Source: Solirubrobacterales bacterium
Lineage (GTDB): Bacteria > Actinomycetota > Thermoleophilia > Solirubrobacterales > 70-9
Length of the DNA: 64,000 nucleotides
Assembly (NCBI GenBank): GCA_033856515.1
Contig: JAWVEY010000008.1
Location: 52,818-116,817, forward strand
Direction: 5' to 3'
In this document: piece after piece, positions 1 through 7,687 of the stretch
How the letters are laid out: each line of letters opens with the position of its first letter
Numbering within the stretch: the first letter of the stretch is position 1
The notes under the pieces: generated by a model
The model's input: only the letters and a program-made list of their open reading frames with translations
Database searches by the model: none
What the model was told of the DNA's origin: nothing
Position numbers and translations under genes: made by a program

Positions 1-188
1 AGGGCGATCGATTCGGTCTCGCGGAGTGCGAGCTCTTCCATGCGGGCGATTTCAGCGCGGCGAGCCTGAAGCTCGTCCACGGGGTTGCCATCGGTTGCGG
101 GTGTCGTAGGTACTGCAGCGGCGCTAGGCGCGAGCCCCCCGGCCTCGTCGTCGCGGCGCCAACCGAAGCGTTGCGCGCGTTGTCCCAT
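1..188 (-). CDS. hypothetical protein, N-terminal part only (runs off left edge)
   Basis: ATG at 188-186 with GGAGGTG about 8 nt upstream on the minus strand. Open frame MGQRAQRFGWRRDDEAGG...DELQARRAEIARMEELALRETES reaches position 1. No family recognised. Confidence 0.4.
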   Translation of the reverse strand, partial: MGQRAQRFGWRRDDEAGGLAPSAAAVPTTPATDGNPVDELQARRAEIARMEELALRETESIA

Positions 189-421
189 TTCGGTTTCACC
201 TCCACCCGCTCCGGCGAGAGCCGGCAGCGAGCGTGTCTGTAATCAGAATTCATGATGCGATTCAGTGGTTCGACTTCAAGATGCAGGCCTACATGGCCGC
301 TTCTCGCTATCCACCGATGGTAAACCCGAGCGCAAGGGCGAGGGCGCCCACGTGTGCCCGGTGACCGCGATCTATCTCCCAAGCGGTAGCCAGGCGCCCT
401 GTCGCATGTAACAATTCAGAC

Positions 422-679
422 ATGGCGTATCCCCCGTTGTGGCAGCCCGACGCGCGGCAACCTCACAGCGCATCGCGCGACTGGAGAGGGCTACTGGGCT
501 CTGGCGTCGCTGGCTTACTCACGCTGGCGATGGTCATGCTCGTCATCGCAATGATCTGGTTCTTGGTGATGGTTTTCACCGCAGACGATGACGGCCAATC
601 GGGTCCTCCACGCGGGCTCACCGGGGCGCCTGCGGGCGAGCAAGGGATCGGCCAAGCGATCCGGTCCGAGAGCCGTTAG
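422..679 (+). CDS. small hypothetical membrane protein (85 aa)
   Basis: ORF with a hydrophobic segment (LLGSGVAGLLTLAMVMLVIAMIWFLVMVF). No SD; an AACAAT-like hexamer lies 6 nt before the ATG. TAG stop 8 nt before hairpin repeat 1. Confidence 0.3.
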   Translation: MAYPPLWQPDARQPHSASRDWRGLLGSGVAGLLTLAMVMLVIAMIWFLVMVFTADDDGQSGPPRGLTGAPAGEQGIGQAIRSESR

Positions 680-685
680 GACCTG

Positions 686-711
686 TGGCGCTTTTCGTCC
701 AAAGCACTACG
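686..711 (-). repeat. stop-flanked hairpin repeat, copy 1
   Basis: Plus strand tGGCGCTTTTCGTCCAAAGCACTACg. Minus strand CGTAG-TGCTTT-GGACGA-AAAGCGCC. Lies ~55 nt 3' of the DsrE-like stop. Confidence 0.8.
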
Positions 712-767
712 TTGGCTTTCGCCCCCTCATCAGGAACGAAGCCGCCCACCCGCCTGAAACGGAGCGC

Positions 768-1058
768 TCAGTAAGTCAGCGTGGTGTCGGCCGCGGTCGC
801 GAGCTCGACCAGCTTCTGGGGCTGTGCCGGTTCCGCGCCAGCGGCGCCCACATCTACTCCCCGCGCCTTGCTCGACATGCCTGAGGCGTAGATCGGAACA
901 TGTGCCTTACGCAACGCGCTCAAGTGCTCTTCGAAGGCACCGGTCCCAACTCCGTGTGTTGCGGCTGCGGTTTCAGGTCGCAATAGCTGCACTGCGTCGC
1001 CCGCCAGGAAAACGCTTACATCGTGACCCTCGGATGCGGCCGTCTTTGCGATGAGCAT
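768..1058 (-). CDS. DsrE/DsrF-like sulfur-relay family protein
   Basis: 96-aa ORF with GHDVSVFLAGDAVQLL and YASGMSSKARG, typical of DsrE/YchN-like proteins. Family-like sequence (IATLLVHLATGPENPTRAALA) continues in frame upstream to ~1121 without ATG/GTG/TTG, so the start is uncertain. Confidence 0.6.
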   Translation of the reverse strand: MLIAKTAASEGHDVSVFLAGDAVQLLRPETAAATHGVGTGAFEEHLSALRKAHVPIYASGMSSKARGVDVGAAGAEPAQPQKLVELATAADTTLTY

Positions 1059-1148
1059 TGCCAGTGCCGCTCTCGTGGGGTTTTCTGGACCGGTTGCCAG
1101 GTGAACGAGGAGAGTTGCGATGGCGCAACCCTACCTGCGAAACGACAT

Positions 1149-1173
1149 AAGTGCTATTCGTCCAAAGCGTCTA
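1149..1173 (-). repeat. stop-flanked hairpin repeat, copy 2
   Basis: Plus strand AAGTGCTATTCGTCCAAAGCGTCTA. Directly abuts the cupin TAG stop (1174-1176), giving TAGTAG-ACGCTTTGGACGAATAGCAC on the minus strand. Confidence 0.8.
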
Positions 1174-1581
1174 CTAAAGCCAGGTGATCCCAGCTTGCTC
1201 CGACGCCTCGGCATATGCGTCGGGCCCGAGCCTGCCATCTTGATCGGCTTGGGCTAGATCTCGGAAGAACTGCTCGAAACCGCCTGGCGTAAGGACGACT
1301 AGCTCCCGTCCCTCGCCCGGGACGACACGGCGCTGAGCGTGAGGAACCCCGCGAGGCAGAAAAATCGCATCCCCGGGCCCAAGCCGAAACTCTTCTTCGC
1401 CCCGGGTGACGATGTGCTCACCCTCCAAGATGTAGAAGAGCTCATCTTCATGAGTGTGCACGTGTAGCGGGGTATCAAGCATCGGCTGACCCTCTTCGAG
1501 GATCGTGATTGCGCCGCCCGAATCCTCCGAGCTTGTCTTAACCAGGATCGTTGTCTCGCCGAAGGTGAGCTTCTCCGCCAC
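1174..1581 (-). CDS. cupin domain protein
   Basis: Cupin motifs HVHTHEDELFYILEGE and GDAIFLPRGVPH. The track ORF (to 1776) reads through hairpin copy 3, so it was trimmed to the in-frame GTG at 1581, which has TAGATT 7 nt upstream. Confidence 0.7.
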   Translation of the reverse strand: MAEKLTFGETTILVKTSSEDSGGAITILEEGQPMLDTPLHVHTHEDELFYILEGEHIVTRGEEEFRLGPGDAIFLPRGVPHAQRRVVPGEGRELVVLTPGGFEQFFRDLAQADQDGRLGPDAYAEASEQAGITWL

Positions 1582-1624
1582 GCCGGAAAATCTATGGGAG
1601 AGCGCCCCACCGTGCCAGCGCCTT

Positions 1625-1650
1625 GGGTGCTTCTCGTCCAAAGCGACTAC
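1625..1650 (-). repeat. stop-flanked hairpin repeat, copy 3
   Basis: Plus strand GGGTGCTTCTCGTCCAAAGCGACTAC. Minus strand GTAG-TCGCTTTGGACGAGAAGCACCC. Lies between the GNAT stop and the cupin start. Confidence 0.8.
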
Positions 1651-1739
1651 TCCGGCAGCCCGGCGGCTTGTACGGAACCAAGGAGGCGTTACCGGGGCGA
1701 GATTGCACGCTACGTCTACGCGGGTTGGCGCGAGGCTGC

Positions 1740-2300
1740 TTACGCCCGCACGTCGTCGGAAAGAATCGCGAAACACACCTGATCCAGGCGGCCTGTTGGG
1801 GTTTTCTCGAGGCCCCGCAGGACCCCCTCCCGTTTCAGGCCGGCTCTCTCCATCGATCGCTGGGCACCGACGTTGTCGACGCCGGTGAGTCCATAGATGC
1901 GTTCGAGCCCAAGATCCTGGAATGCAAATGAAAGCGTCAGCTCCAAGGCGCGTCGGCTCAGGCCACAGCCGCGCGACCTGGGTGCAATCCAGAAGCCTAG
2001 CTCCGCGGTGCGCTCATCCCAGTCGATGTCGAAGAGCATCGTCTGACCCGAGAGCTGGACAGCCTCAGGCTCCCAGACGCCGAGTAGTACGCCGTCACCA
2101 GCCTCCATGCGTTCGCTGTTTCGCTGAACATAGGGGCGGAGGGCCTCGTCGGTCGCGGCCAATTGTCCGTGATAGGCGCCCTGTGCGATGGCCGGGTCCT
2201 TGAATGCTTTGACGAACGCGGGGGTGTCGTCTTCGGTAATTGAACGAAGCTCAATCGATCCATCCCCCACACCCGCCCGTGGCAGGGCGATGCTTGGCAT
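1740..2300 (-). CDS. GNAT family N-acetyltransferase (RimJ/RimL-like)
   Basis: IELRSITEDD...GFWIAPRSRGCGLSRRAL...ENVGAQRSMERAGLKREGVLR is typical of GNAT. Start set at MPSIALPR; an upstream ATG at 2411 is an alternative. Confidence 0.75.
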   Translation of the reverse strand: MPSIALPRAGVGDGSIELRSITEDDTPAFVKAFKDPAIAQGAYHGQLAATDEALRPYVQRNSERMEAGDGVLLGVWEPEAVQLSGQTMLFDIDWDERTAELGFWIAPRSRGCGLSRRALELTLSFAFQDLGLERIYGLTGVDNVGAQRSMERAGLKREGVLRGLEKTPTGRLDQVCFAILSDDVRA

Positions 2301-2481
2301 TGACGGCGAGCATATCCCGGCCCCGCCGCCCAGGTTGCGCTCAAACGCTGCCGGTCCAAACGCGCATGAGCCTTGAGCTGGCCTCAGATAAACCAGTGGG
2401 GGGCCCCGCATAGGTCTTCGGCAGCGCAGCTATAGAGAAGTCGACCGCTGCCCAGCCCATACGGCGGAGACAAAACCATAT

Positions 2482-2529
2482 GACGTCTCATCTAAAGCGA
2501 CTTAGACGCTTTTCGTCCAAAGCACCTAA
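2482..2529 (-). repeat. stop-flanked hairpin repeats, tandem pair 4a/4b
   Basis: Plus strand GACGTCTCATCTAAAGCGACTTA + GACGCTTTTCGTCCAAAGCACCTAA. Unit 4b has outer arms CTTAG/CTAAG. Ends ~12 nt 3' of the stop at 2542. Confidence 0.8.
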
Positions 2530-2541
2530 GTCGAGGCTTGC

Positions 2542-3144
2542 TTATGAAATAGAGCAGTTCTCGCGGCCGAAGCCGAAAGCCGTTTCATGGGTGGTCGGCA
2601 CCTTGGAGTGCACCTGGACCGTGACCGCAACACATGTGTTCGCTTCGAAGCGGAAGCCGCCGAGAAACGGCGTCCGCCGTCCGACGCGACGGTCGCTCAC
2701 CTTGTGGTCGGGGTTGCATGGCTCAAACCGGATTGCCTCTCCGTGAGCCTCGAAGCCCCCTTGTGGTCCGCGTTGGTCGAGGCCGACGCTGAGTTCGAGA
2801 TTTCTACCCTCCGGCGAGGCAACCGTGATTGTGACCGGATTCGGAGCATCCACAAAGATGGGTGTCTTCAGTCGGTGCGGGCCCTTACGGGCGGGGAAGC
2901 GGTTGTCTGCCCATTGTTTCGCTCCGAGAAACATCACAGGTCCTGCGAACGCGCTGACCTCACGCACCTCAGGGGAAATCCGACCGGGGTGGTTCTTCGG
3001 CGGGTAAACCTGGAGCCGCGACTGGCAGTCCACGGTCGGCGGCGAATCCGGTCCCTTAGCTGCTGCTCCCCCTCGTGCGAAGAGCAGAACCGCCGCCACG
3101 ACAACAACGAAAGTTGGAAAGGCGAGTCGCCCCCGCGAACTCAT
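2542..3144 (-). CDS. hypothetical secreted/membrane-anchored protein
   Basis: ORF with N-terminal hydrophobic segment (LAFPTFVVVVAAVLLFARGGAAA). Start placed at MSSRGRL to avoid overlap with the upstream gene. No family recognised. Confidence 0.5.
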   Translation of the reverse strand: MSSRGRLAFPTFVVVVAAVLLFARGGAAAKGPDSPPTVDCQSRLQVYPPKNHPGRISPEVREVSAFAGPVMFLGAKQWADNRFPARKGPHRLKTPIFVDAPNPVTITVASPEGRNLELSVGLDQRGPQGGFEAHGEAIRFEPCNPDHKVSDRRVGRRTPFLGGFRFEANTCVAVTVQVHSKVPTTHETAFGFGRENCSIS

Positions 3145-3175
3145 CTGATCAGAGTAATCCCGCACGGACTGCTGG

Positions 3176-3673
3176 TCAACCCCAGCCGGCATTGAGGCCG
3201 ATTTCAAGCTCGGTCGTCCTCATCTCTCCGTCGGCGTGGTCGACCCAAAGCGTCACCACCGTTGAAACGTGTTCACGACCGATCCACCGCCCATTGCTCG
3301 CGTCGGGGCTGAGCTCAAGAGACCCATCCAAGAGGCCCGCCGGTTGCAAGTAGCCCGTGAAATCGCGGCCTTGGCTGAGATCGTTCTCTTTCAGTTCGAA
3401 ATCACGCCCGTCGATCTGAGCCTCAACCCGCTGGGCAGGTTCTCGCAGATAGATGGCGAGGCCGATGCGATCGCATGCGAAGTGATTTGGGGTGCGGCAC
3501 GCGACTCCCATATAGGGCTTCCGCCTTATTAGGTCATCCGCGTCGACCGCTGTTGCGTTGGGCTGCTCCCCTGGGGTCGTCGGCTCGTCAACTTGGTCGG
3601 CGTTCCCGCCCCCGCAACCCGCCGTCGCGATAAAAGGCAAGACAGCCAAGAGAACGAAACGTCTGGTGGTCAC
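3176..3673 (-). CDS. hypothetical lipoprotein
   Basis: GTG start. Lipobox-like signal MTTRRFVLLAVLPFIATAGC followed by GGG. No family recognised. Confidence 0.6.
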   Translation of the reverse strand: MTTRRFVLLAVLPFIATAGCGGGNADQVDEPTTPGEQPNATAVDADDLIRRKPYMGVACRTPNHFACDRIGLAIYLREPAQRVEAQIDGRDFELKENDLSQGRDFTGYLQPAGLLDGSLELSPDASNGRWIGREHVSTVVTLWVDHADGEMRTTELEIGLNAGWG

Positions 3674-3763
3674 AGCGTCTTAAATACGGCGCAGGGAGGC
3701 TTAGAAGTCCACCGGATGCAGACCTTAAATAGGCACTAGTGCCCGAAACCGCTTAACGGCTTA

Positions 3764-3787
3764 GGTGCTTTTCGTCCAAAGCGCTAC
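3764..3787 (-). repeat. stop-flanked hairpin repeat, copy 5
   Basis: Plus strand GGTGCTTTTCGTCCAAAGCGCTAC, preceded by CTTA. Minus strand GTAG-CGCTTTGGACGAAAAGCACC. Lies 8 nt 3' of the SnoaL-1 TAG stop. Confidence 0.8.
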
Positions 3788-3794
3788 TTCTGAG

Positions 3795-4211
3795 CTACTC
3801 CGCCTGACCGCCGGCTTCAAGAGCCTTCTTCCGGTCGATGTACGTTTCGACCCGCACGACCTCTCCTCCGCGCAGCGTGCAGATCTGTGCGAGTTCAAGC
3901 TCCGCCGCCGCCCCACTACTCACGCCTCGGCCCCGTTGGCGCGACAAGGCGATCACCTGATCCCCGTGGTCGATCAGCTCGTCGACTGCAACCTCCCACT
4001 CCTCGAAGGGAAACGACCCGAACCAATCCTCTTCGAAGAATGCCCTGATCTGGTCGTGCCCGCGATAGACGCCGAGCCCTGCAATGTCGCTCAGGGAGAA
4101 GTCGAAAACGATCTCAGGCGCCCAGATGCCTGCGCTGATGACCGCCTGGGGTCCACCGGCGTTGAACAACTCGTAGCCTCGACGGATTAGCTCGACGTTC
4201 TCCTGAGACAT
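3795..4211 (-). CDS. NTF2/SnoaL-like (ketosteroid isomerase-like) protein, paralogue 1
   Basis: MSQENVELIRRGYELFNAGG... is a typical SnoaL-like N-terminus and the size (138 aa) fits. Paralogous to 10748-11152 and 11216-11638. Confidence 0.75.
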   Translation of the reverse strand: MSQENVELIRRGYELFNAGGPQAVISAGIWAPEIVFDFSLSDIAGLGVYRGHDQIRAFFEEDWFGSFPFEEWEVAVDELIDHGDQVIALSRQRGRGVSSGAAAELELAQICTLRGGEVVRVETYIDRKKALEAGGQAE

Positions 4212-4242
4212 CGCCCGCGCAGTATCGCGCGATCAAGAGGTA

Positions 4243-4264
4243 GATGCTTTCCATGCAAAGCGTC
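4243..4264 (-). repeat. hairpin repeat, loop variant (CCATGC), copy 6
   Basis: Plus strand GATGCTTTCCATGCAAAGCGTC. Lies ~32-53 nt upstream of the SnoaL-1 ATG. The same variant occurs upstream of SnoaL-3. Confidence 0.7.
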
Positions 4265-4338
4265 TTTCTAGCTCGTGTGTACAAAACGTTTCGCTGAGCG
4301 GGAGCGGATGAACACAGGCGACATGATCTGCCGCCTAG

Positions 4339-4356
4339 GCGATTTGCAAAGCACCT
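4339..4356 (-). repeat. possible decayed hairpin repeat just 3' of recX
   Basis: Plus strand GGCGATTTGCAAAGCACC keeps the GCG.TTT...AAAGCAC arms but the loop is collapsed. Lies 13 nt 3' of the recX TGA. Confidence 0.35.
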
Positions 4357-4368
4357 TTCTTGAGGCGC

Positions 4369-4830
4369 TCAGGCTGCGCGACGCTCGGCGAGCCGCACCG
4401 CCGCGTAGGCGACCTCGAGCTCGTACCCGCGGCGCGCAAGGAAAGCGAGCGCTCGGCCCCGCCCAGAGTCGTCGTCGAGGTCGTCGTTTCGCCGATCGAG
4501 CAGGTCTGCTGCCCGCTCAGCGAGCTCATCCTGGCTCTCCCCGCCCGCCGCCGCCTCGGCGATGGAGCGGGCCACGCCCTTCTCGACGAGCGCCTCGCGG
4601 ATCCTGCCCGGGCCCCAGCCGTTGAGCTCGCGCTTGTCCTGCGCGAAGAGCGAGGCGTAGCGCTCGTCGTCCAGCTGGCCGATCTCGACGAGGCGCTCAA
4701 TGGCCTCCTCGGCCTCGGCCGGGTCCGCCTCGCGCTTGGCCAGCCAGGCGCGCAACTCCGCGACCGTGTGCTCCCGGCGCGAGAGCGCTCGGAGCGATAA
4801 CTCGAAAGCGCTCTTCTTTCGCCCAGCCAT
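4369..4830 (-). CDS. recX: recombination regulator RecX
   Basis: Immediately downstream of recA. Repeated helical modules (VAELRAWLAKREADPAEAEEAIERLVEIGQLDDERYA) are typical of RecX. Confidence 0.85.
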   Translation of the reverse strand: MAGRKKSAFELSLRALSRREHTVAELRAWLAKREADPAEAEEAIERLVEIGQLDDERYASLFAQDKRELNGWGPGRIREALVEKGVARSIAEAAAGGESQDELAERAADLLDRRNDDLDDDSGRGRALAFLARRGYELEVAYAAVRLAERRAA

Positions 4831-4848
4831 GGACGCAGCCCGCGTGGG

Positions 4849-5985
4849 CTACGCCGCTTGGCGCTCGGGCTCGGCGTCCTCGTCGGCGACCGCGGCCGGA
4901 GCTTCCTCGCCGGCATCGGGCGCGTCGGGTACCGCCGCGATCGGGCGCGGGGCGCGATCGATCTCGAGGAGCGAGAAGATCTTCGTCTCGATCTCCTGCG
5001 CCAGCTCGGGGTTCTCGGCCAGATAGCCCTTGGTGTTGTTCCGCCCCTGGCCGAGCCTGAGCTCGCCGTAGGAGAAGAAGGAACCGGACTTCTGGATCAG
5101 GTCGTGCTCGAGCGCGAGGTCGAGGAGACAGCCCTCGTGAGAGATGCCCACGCCGTACTCGATGTCGAACTCGGCCTGGCGGAACGGCGGCGCGACCTTG
5201 TTCTTCACGACCTTGATGCGGACCCTGTTGCCGACCGCCTCGGTGCCCTCCTTGAGGGTCTCGATGCGGCGGATGTCGAGGCGCTGCGACGAGTAGAACT
5301 TGAGCGCCCGGCCACCCGGCTGCGTCTCGGGCGAGCCGAAGGTGACGCCGATCTTCTCGCGGATCTGGTTCGTGAACAGGCAGACGGTGTTGGCGCGGTT
5401 GAGGTTGCCCGCGAGCTTTCGCATCGCCTGGGACATCATTCGCGCCTGGAGGCCGACCGACTGGTCGCCCATCTGGCCCTCCAGCTCGACGCGCGGGGTC
5501 AGCGCCGCAACGGAGTCGATGGCGATGACGTCGACCGCGCCCGAGCGCACCAGGACGTCGACGATCTCGAGCGCCTGCTCCCCATAGTCCGGCTGGGAGA
5601 TCAGAAGCTCGTCCGTGTTGAGCCCGATGCGGCGGGCATAGACCGGGTCGAGGGCGTGCTCAGCGTCGATGAACGCGCAGACGCCACCCCGGGCCTGGGC
5701 CTCGGCCATGATGTGGTAGACGAGCGTCGTCTTGCCCGACGACTCCGGGCCGAAGATCTCGATCACGCGGCCGCGCGGGACGCCGCCGACGCCTAGCGCC
5801 AAGTCGAGCGATAGGGCCCCAGTGGGGATCGCCTCGACCGAGAGGGCGTTGTCGTCGCTCAAAGTCATCAGCGAGCCGGCGCCGAACTCCTTCTCGATGT
5901 GGATCTTGGCGGCGTCGAGCGCGGCCGTGCGGGCCTTCGCTTCCTTCTCCGCCGCCTTCTGGTCTGCCTTCGTTTGTTCAGCCAT
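4849..5985 (-). CDS. recA: recombinase RecA
   Basis: Walker [28 protein letters not shown]; full-length RecA with an acidic C-terminal tail. Confidence 0.98.
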   Translation of the reverse strand: MAEQTKADQKAAEKEAKARTAALDAAKIHIEKEFGAGSLMTLSDDNALSVEAIPTGALSLDLALGVGGVPRGRVIEIFGPESSGKTTLVYHIMAEAQARGGVCAFIDAEHALDPVYARRIGLNTDELLISQPDYGEQALEIVDVLVRSGAVDVIAIDSVAALTPRVELEGQMGDQSVGLQARMMSQAMRKLAGNLNRANTVCLFTNQIREKIGVTFGSPETQPGGRALKFYSSQRLDIRRIETLKEGTEAVGNRVRIKVVKNKVAPPFRQAEFDIEYGVGISHEGCLLDLALEHDLIQKSGSFFSYGELRLGQGRNNTKGYLAENPELAQEIETKIFSLLEIDRAPRPIAAVPDAPDAGEEAPAAVADEDAEPERQAA

Positions 5986-5994
5986 CTCTACGAG

Positions 5995-6579
5995 TCACCT
6001 CAAGTCAATGTTGTGGATCGGCACGTACTGCGAGCCATCGCGCCGCATCATCGAACGGTAAAGAGAGAGTCGGACAGCAAGGAACTCGCCCCCCAACTCC
6101 TCGGGGAGCGGGCCAGGAGCCCGTCTGACGCGCTCTGGGCGCCTCCGGCGTTGTCCGCCCTTCCCCCTCCCCGCACGCACGCGAGCGACCGTCAGGTGCG
6201 GCCAGAACGGGCGCTTTTCGTCCTTCGCGAGGCCGAGCTCACGGAACGCGGCGCTGACCTCCAGCGCGAGCTCTACCGCCCCAGGCGTCACCGCCTCGAC
6301 GGCGAAGAGCGAAGGTCGCCGGGGTGGCTTTGCGACTACGTCTCTCTCCAGCCGGATCGGCACGGGTCGCGGTGTGACCGCCGCGACGACCTCGGTCGCT
6401 TCGGAGAGCCGGTCCGGCGGGGTCCAGCCCAGAAAGCAAAGGGTCATGTGGAGGTTTGCGGTCGGGACCGGCCGTAACGCTGGATCGGTCAGTTCCCGCG
6501 AGCCCCACGCTTCAAGGCCACCTCTGATCACGTCCGGCAGGTCGATTGCGGCGAAGAGGCGAACGGCCTTATCGCTCAC
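5995..6579 (-). CDS. thpR: RNA 2',3'-cyclic phosphodiesterase (2'-5' RNA ligase family, ThpR/LigT)
   Basis: Two HxT/S motifs of the 2H phosphoesterase fold (HMTLCFLG and HLTVARV). Size 194 aa. Confidence 0.8.
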   Translation of the reverse strand: MSDKAVRLFAAIDLPDVIRGGLEAWGSRELTDPALRPVPTANLHMTLCFLGWTPPDRLSEATEVVAAVTPRPVPIRLERDVVAKPPRRPSLFAVEAVTPGAVELALEVSAAFRELGLAKDEKRPFWPHLTVARVRAGRGKGGQRRRRPERVRRAPGPLPEELGGEFLAVRLSLYRSMMRRDGSQYVPIHNIDLR

Positions 6580-6582
6580 CGC

Positions 6583-7683
6583 CTACCCCACCTCGCGCAA
6601 GAAGCCCACGAGGTCCCGGGCGAGGAGCTCAGGCTCCTCCCAAGCCGCGAAGTGGCCGCCGCGCTCGTGCTCGGTCCACTGGCGGAGATCGCCGAGCGTG
6701 CGCTCGGCCCACTCGCGCGGCGGGTGGAGGATCTCCTGCGGGAAGTCCGCGACGGCGGCCGGAACGCTGATCTTCTCCCCCGCGCCGAGCTTCCAGCGGT
6801 CGCGAGCCTCGGCCGCATACAGGCGGATCGAGGTCGAGATCGTGCCCGTCGCCCAGTAGATCGTCAGGAAGTCGCAGAGCTGGTCGAGCGTGAAGCGCGT
6901 CTCGACGTCGCCTCCGCAGTCGGACCAGTCGCGGTATTTCGAGACGAGCCACGCCGCGAGGCCGGCTGGCGAGTCGTTGAGCGCGGGCGCGAGCGTGTCG
7001 GGGACGCCGCCCTGCGTGAGCATGTAGTGGGCACCGCGCGTGCGCCACTTGATGGCCTTTGCCAGCCACGCTTGCTCGGCATCCGTCAAGTCCGATCGGT
7101 CCGCGGGGAACGGCAGCACGGATGGGGAGTTGATGTGGAGCGCCGAGACACGCTCGGGCGAGTCGTAGGCCATCCGCGCCGCGATGAGCGTTCCCCAGTC
7201 GCCGCCCTGGACGACGTAGCGCTCGATGCCGAGGCCGTCCTCGACGAGCGCGCGAAGGCGTGCGGCCATGCCCGAGCCGTTTAGCGGCTCATCCGGCGCA
7301 TCCGAGAAGCCATAGCCGGGAAGTGACGGCGCGATGACCTCGTGTCCCGCCTCGACGAGAAGCGGGATCAGGCGCTCGAACTCCAGCACCGCTCCCGGCC
7401 ATCCGTGCACGAGCACGATCGGCGGGCCGGTCTCCTCCCCCGCCCGGATGAAGTGAACGCCCTCCCATATCCCTTGCTCGAACTCGTTCAGCCGGCTCTC
7501 AGACGCCCGCCAGTCATAGTCGGAGGCCCAGTGCTCACACAGGCGCCGCAGGAATCCCTGGTCCATCCCGTACTCCCAGCCGATGTCAGCAGCTTCAGGC
7601 CAGCGGGTTCGCTCCAAGCGCCCGCGGAGGTCGTCGAGGATCGCCTCATCGACCGAGATCTCGTAGGCGGACGGCTTCGCCAA
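6583..7683 (-). CDS. epoxide hydrolase (alpha/beta hydrolase with N-terminal EHN domain)
   Basis: N-terminal ISVDEAILDDLRGRLERTRWP, HGWPG oxyanion motif, GGDWG nucleophile elbow. Confidence 0.8.
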   Translation of the reverse strand: MAKPSAYEISVDEAILDDLRGRLERTRWPEAADIGWEYGMDQGFLRRLCEHWASDYDWRASESRLNEFEQGIWEGVHFIRAGEETGPPIVLVHGWPGAVLEFERLIPLLVEAGHEVIAPSLPGYGFSDAPDEPLNGSGMAARLRALVEDGLGIERYVVQGGDWGTLIAARMAYDSPERVSALHINSPSVLPFPADRSDLTDAEQAWLAKAIKWRTRGAHYMLTQGGVPDTLAPALNDSPAGLAAWLVSKYRDWSDCGGDVETRFTLDQLCDFLTIYWATGTISTSIRLYAAEARDRWKLGAGEKISVPAAVADFPQEILHPPREWAERTLGDLRQWTEHERGGHFAAWEEPELLARDLVGFLREVG

Positions 7684-7687
7684 GGCG

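Noticed and set aside
5986-6060. LexA/SOS box upstream of recA.
   Set aside because: Only 9 nt separate recA from thpR. I found no GAAC-N4-GTTC or TCGAAC-N4-GTTCGA motif there or upstream of cinA. The absence is noted, but a divergent motif cannot be excluded by eye.
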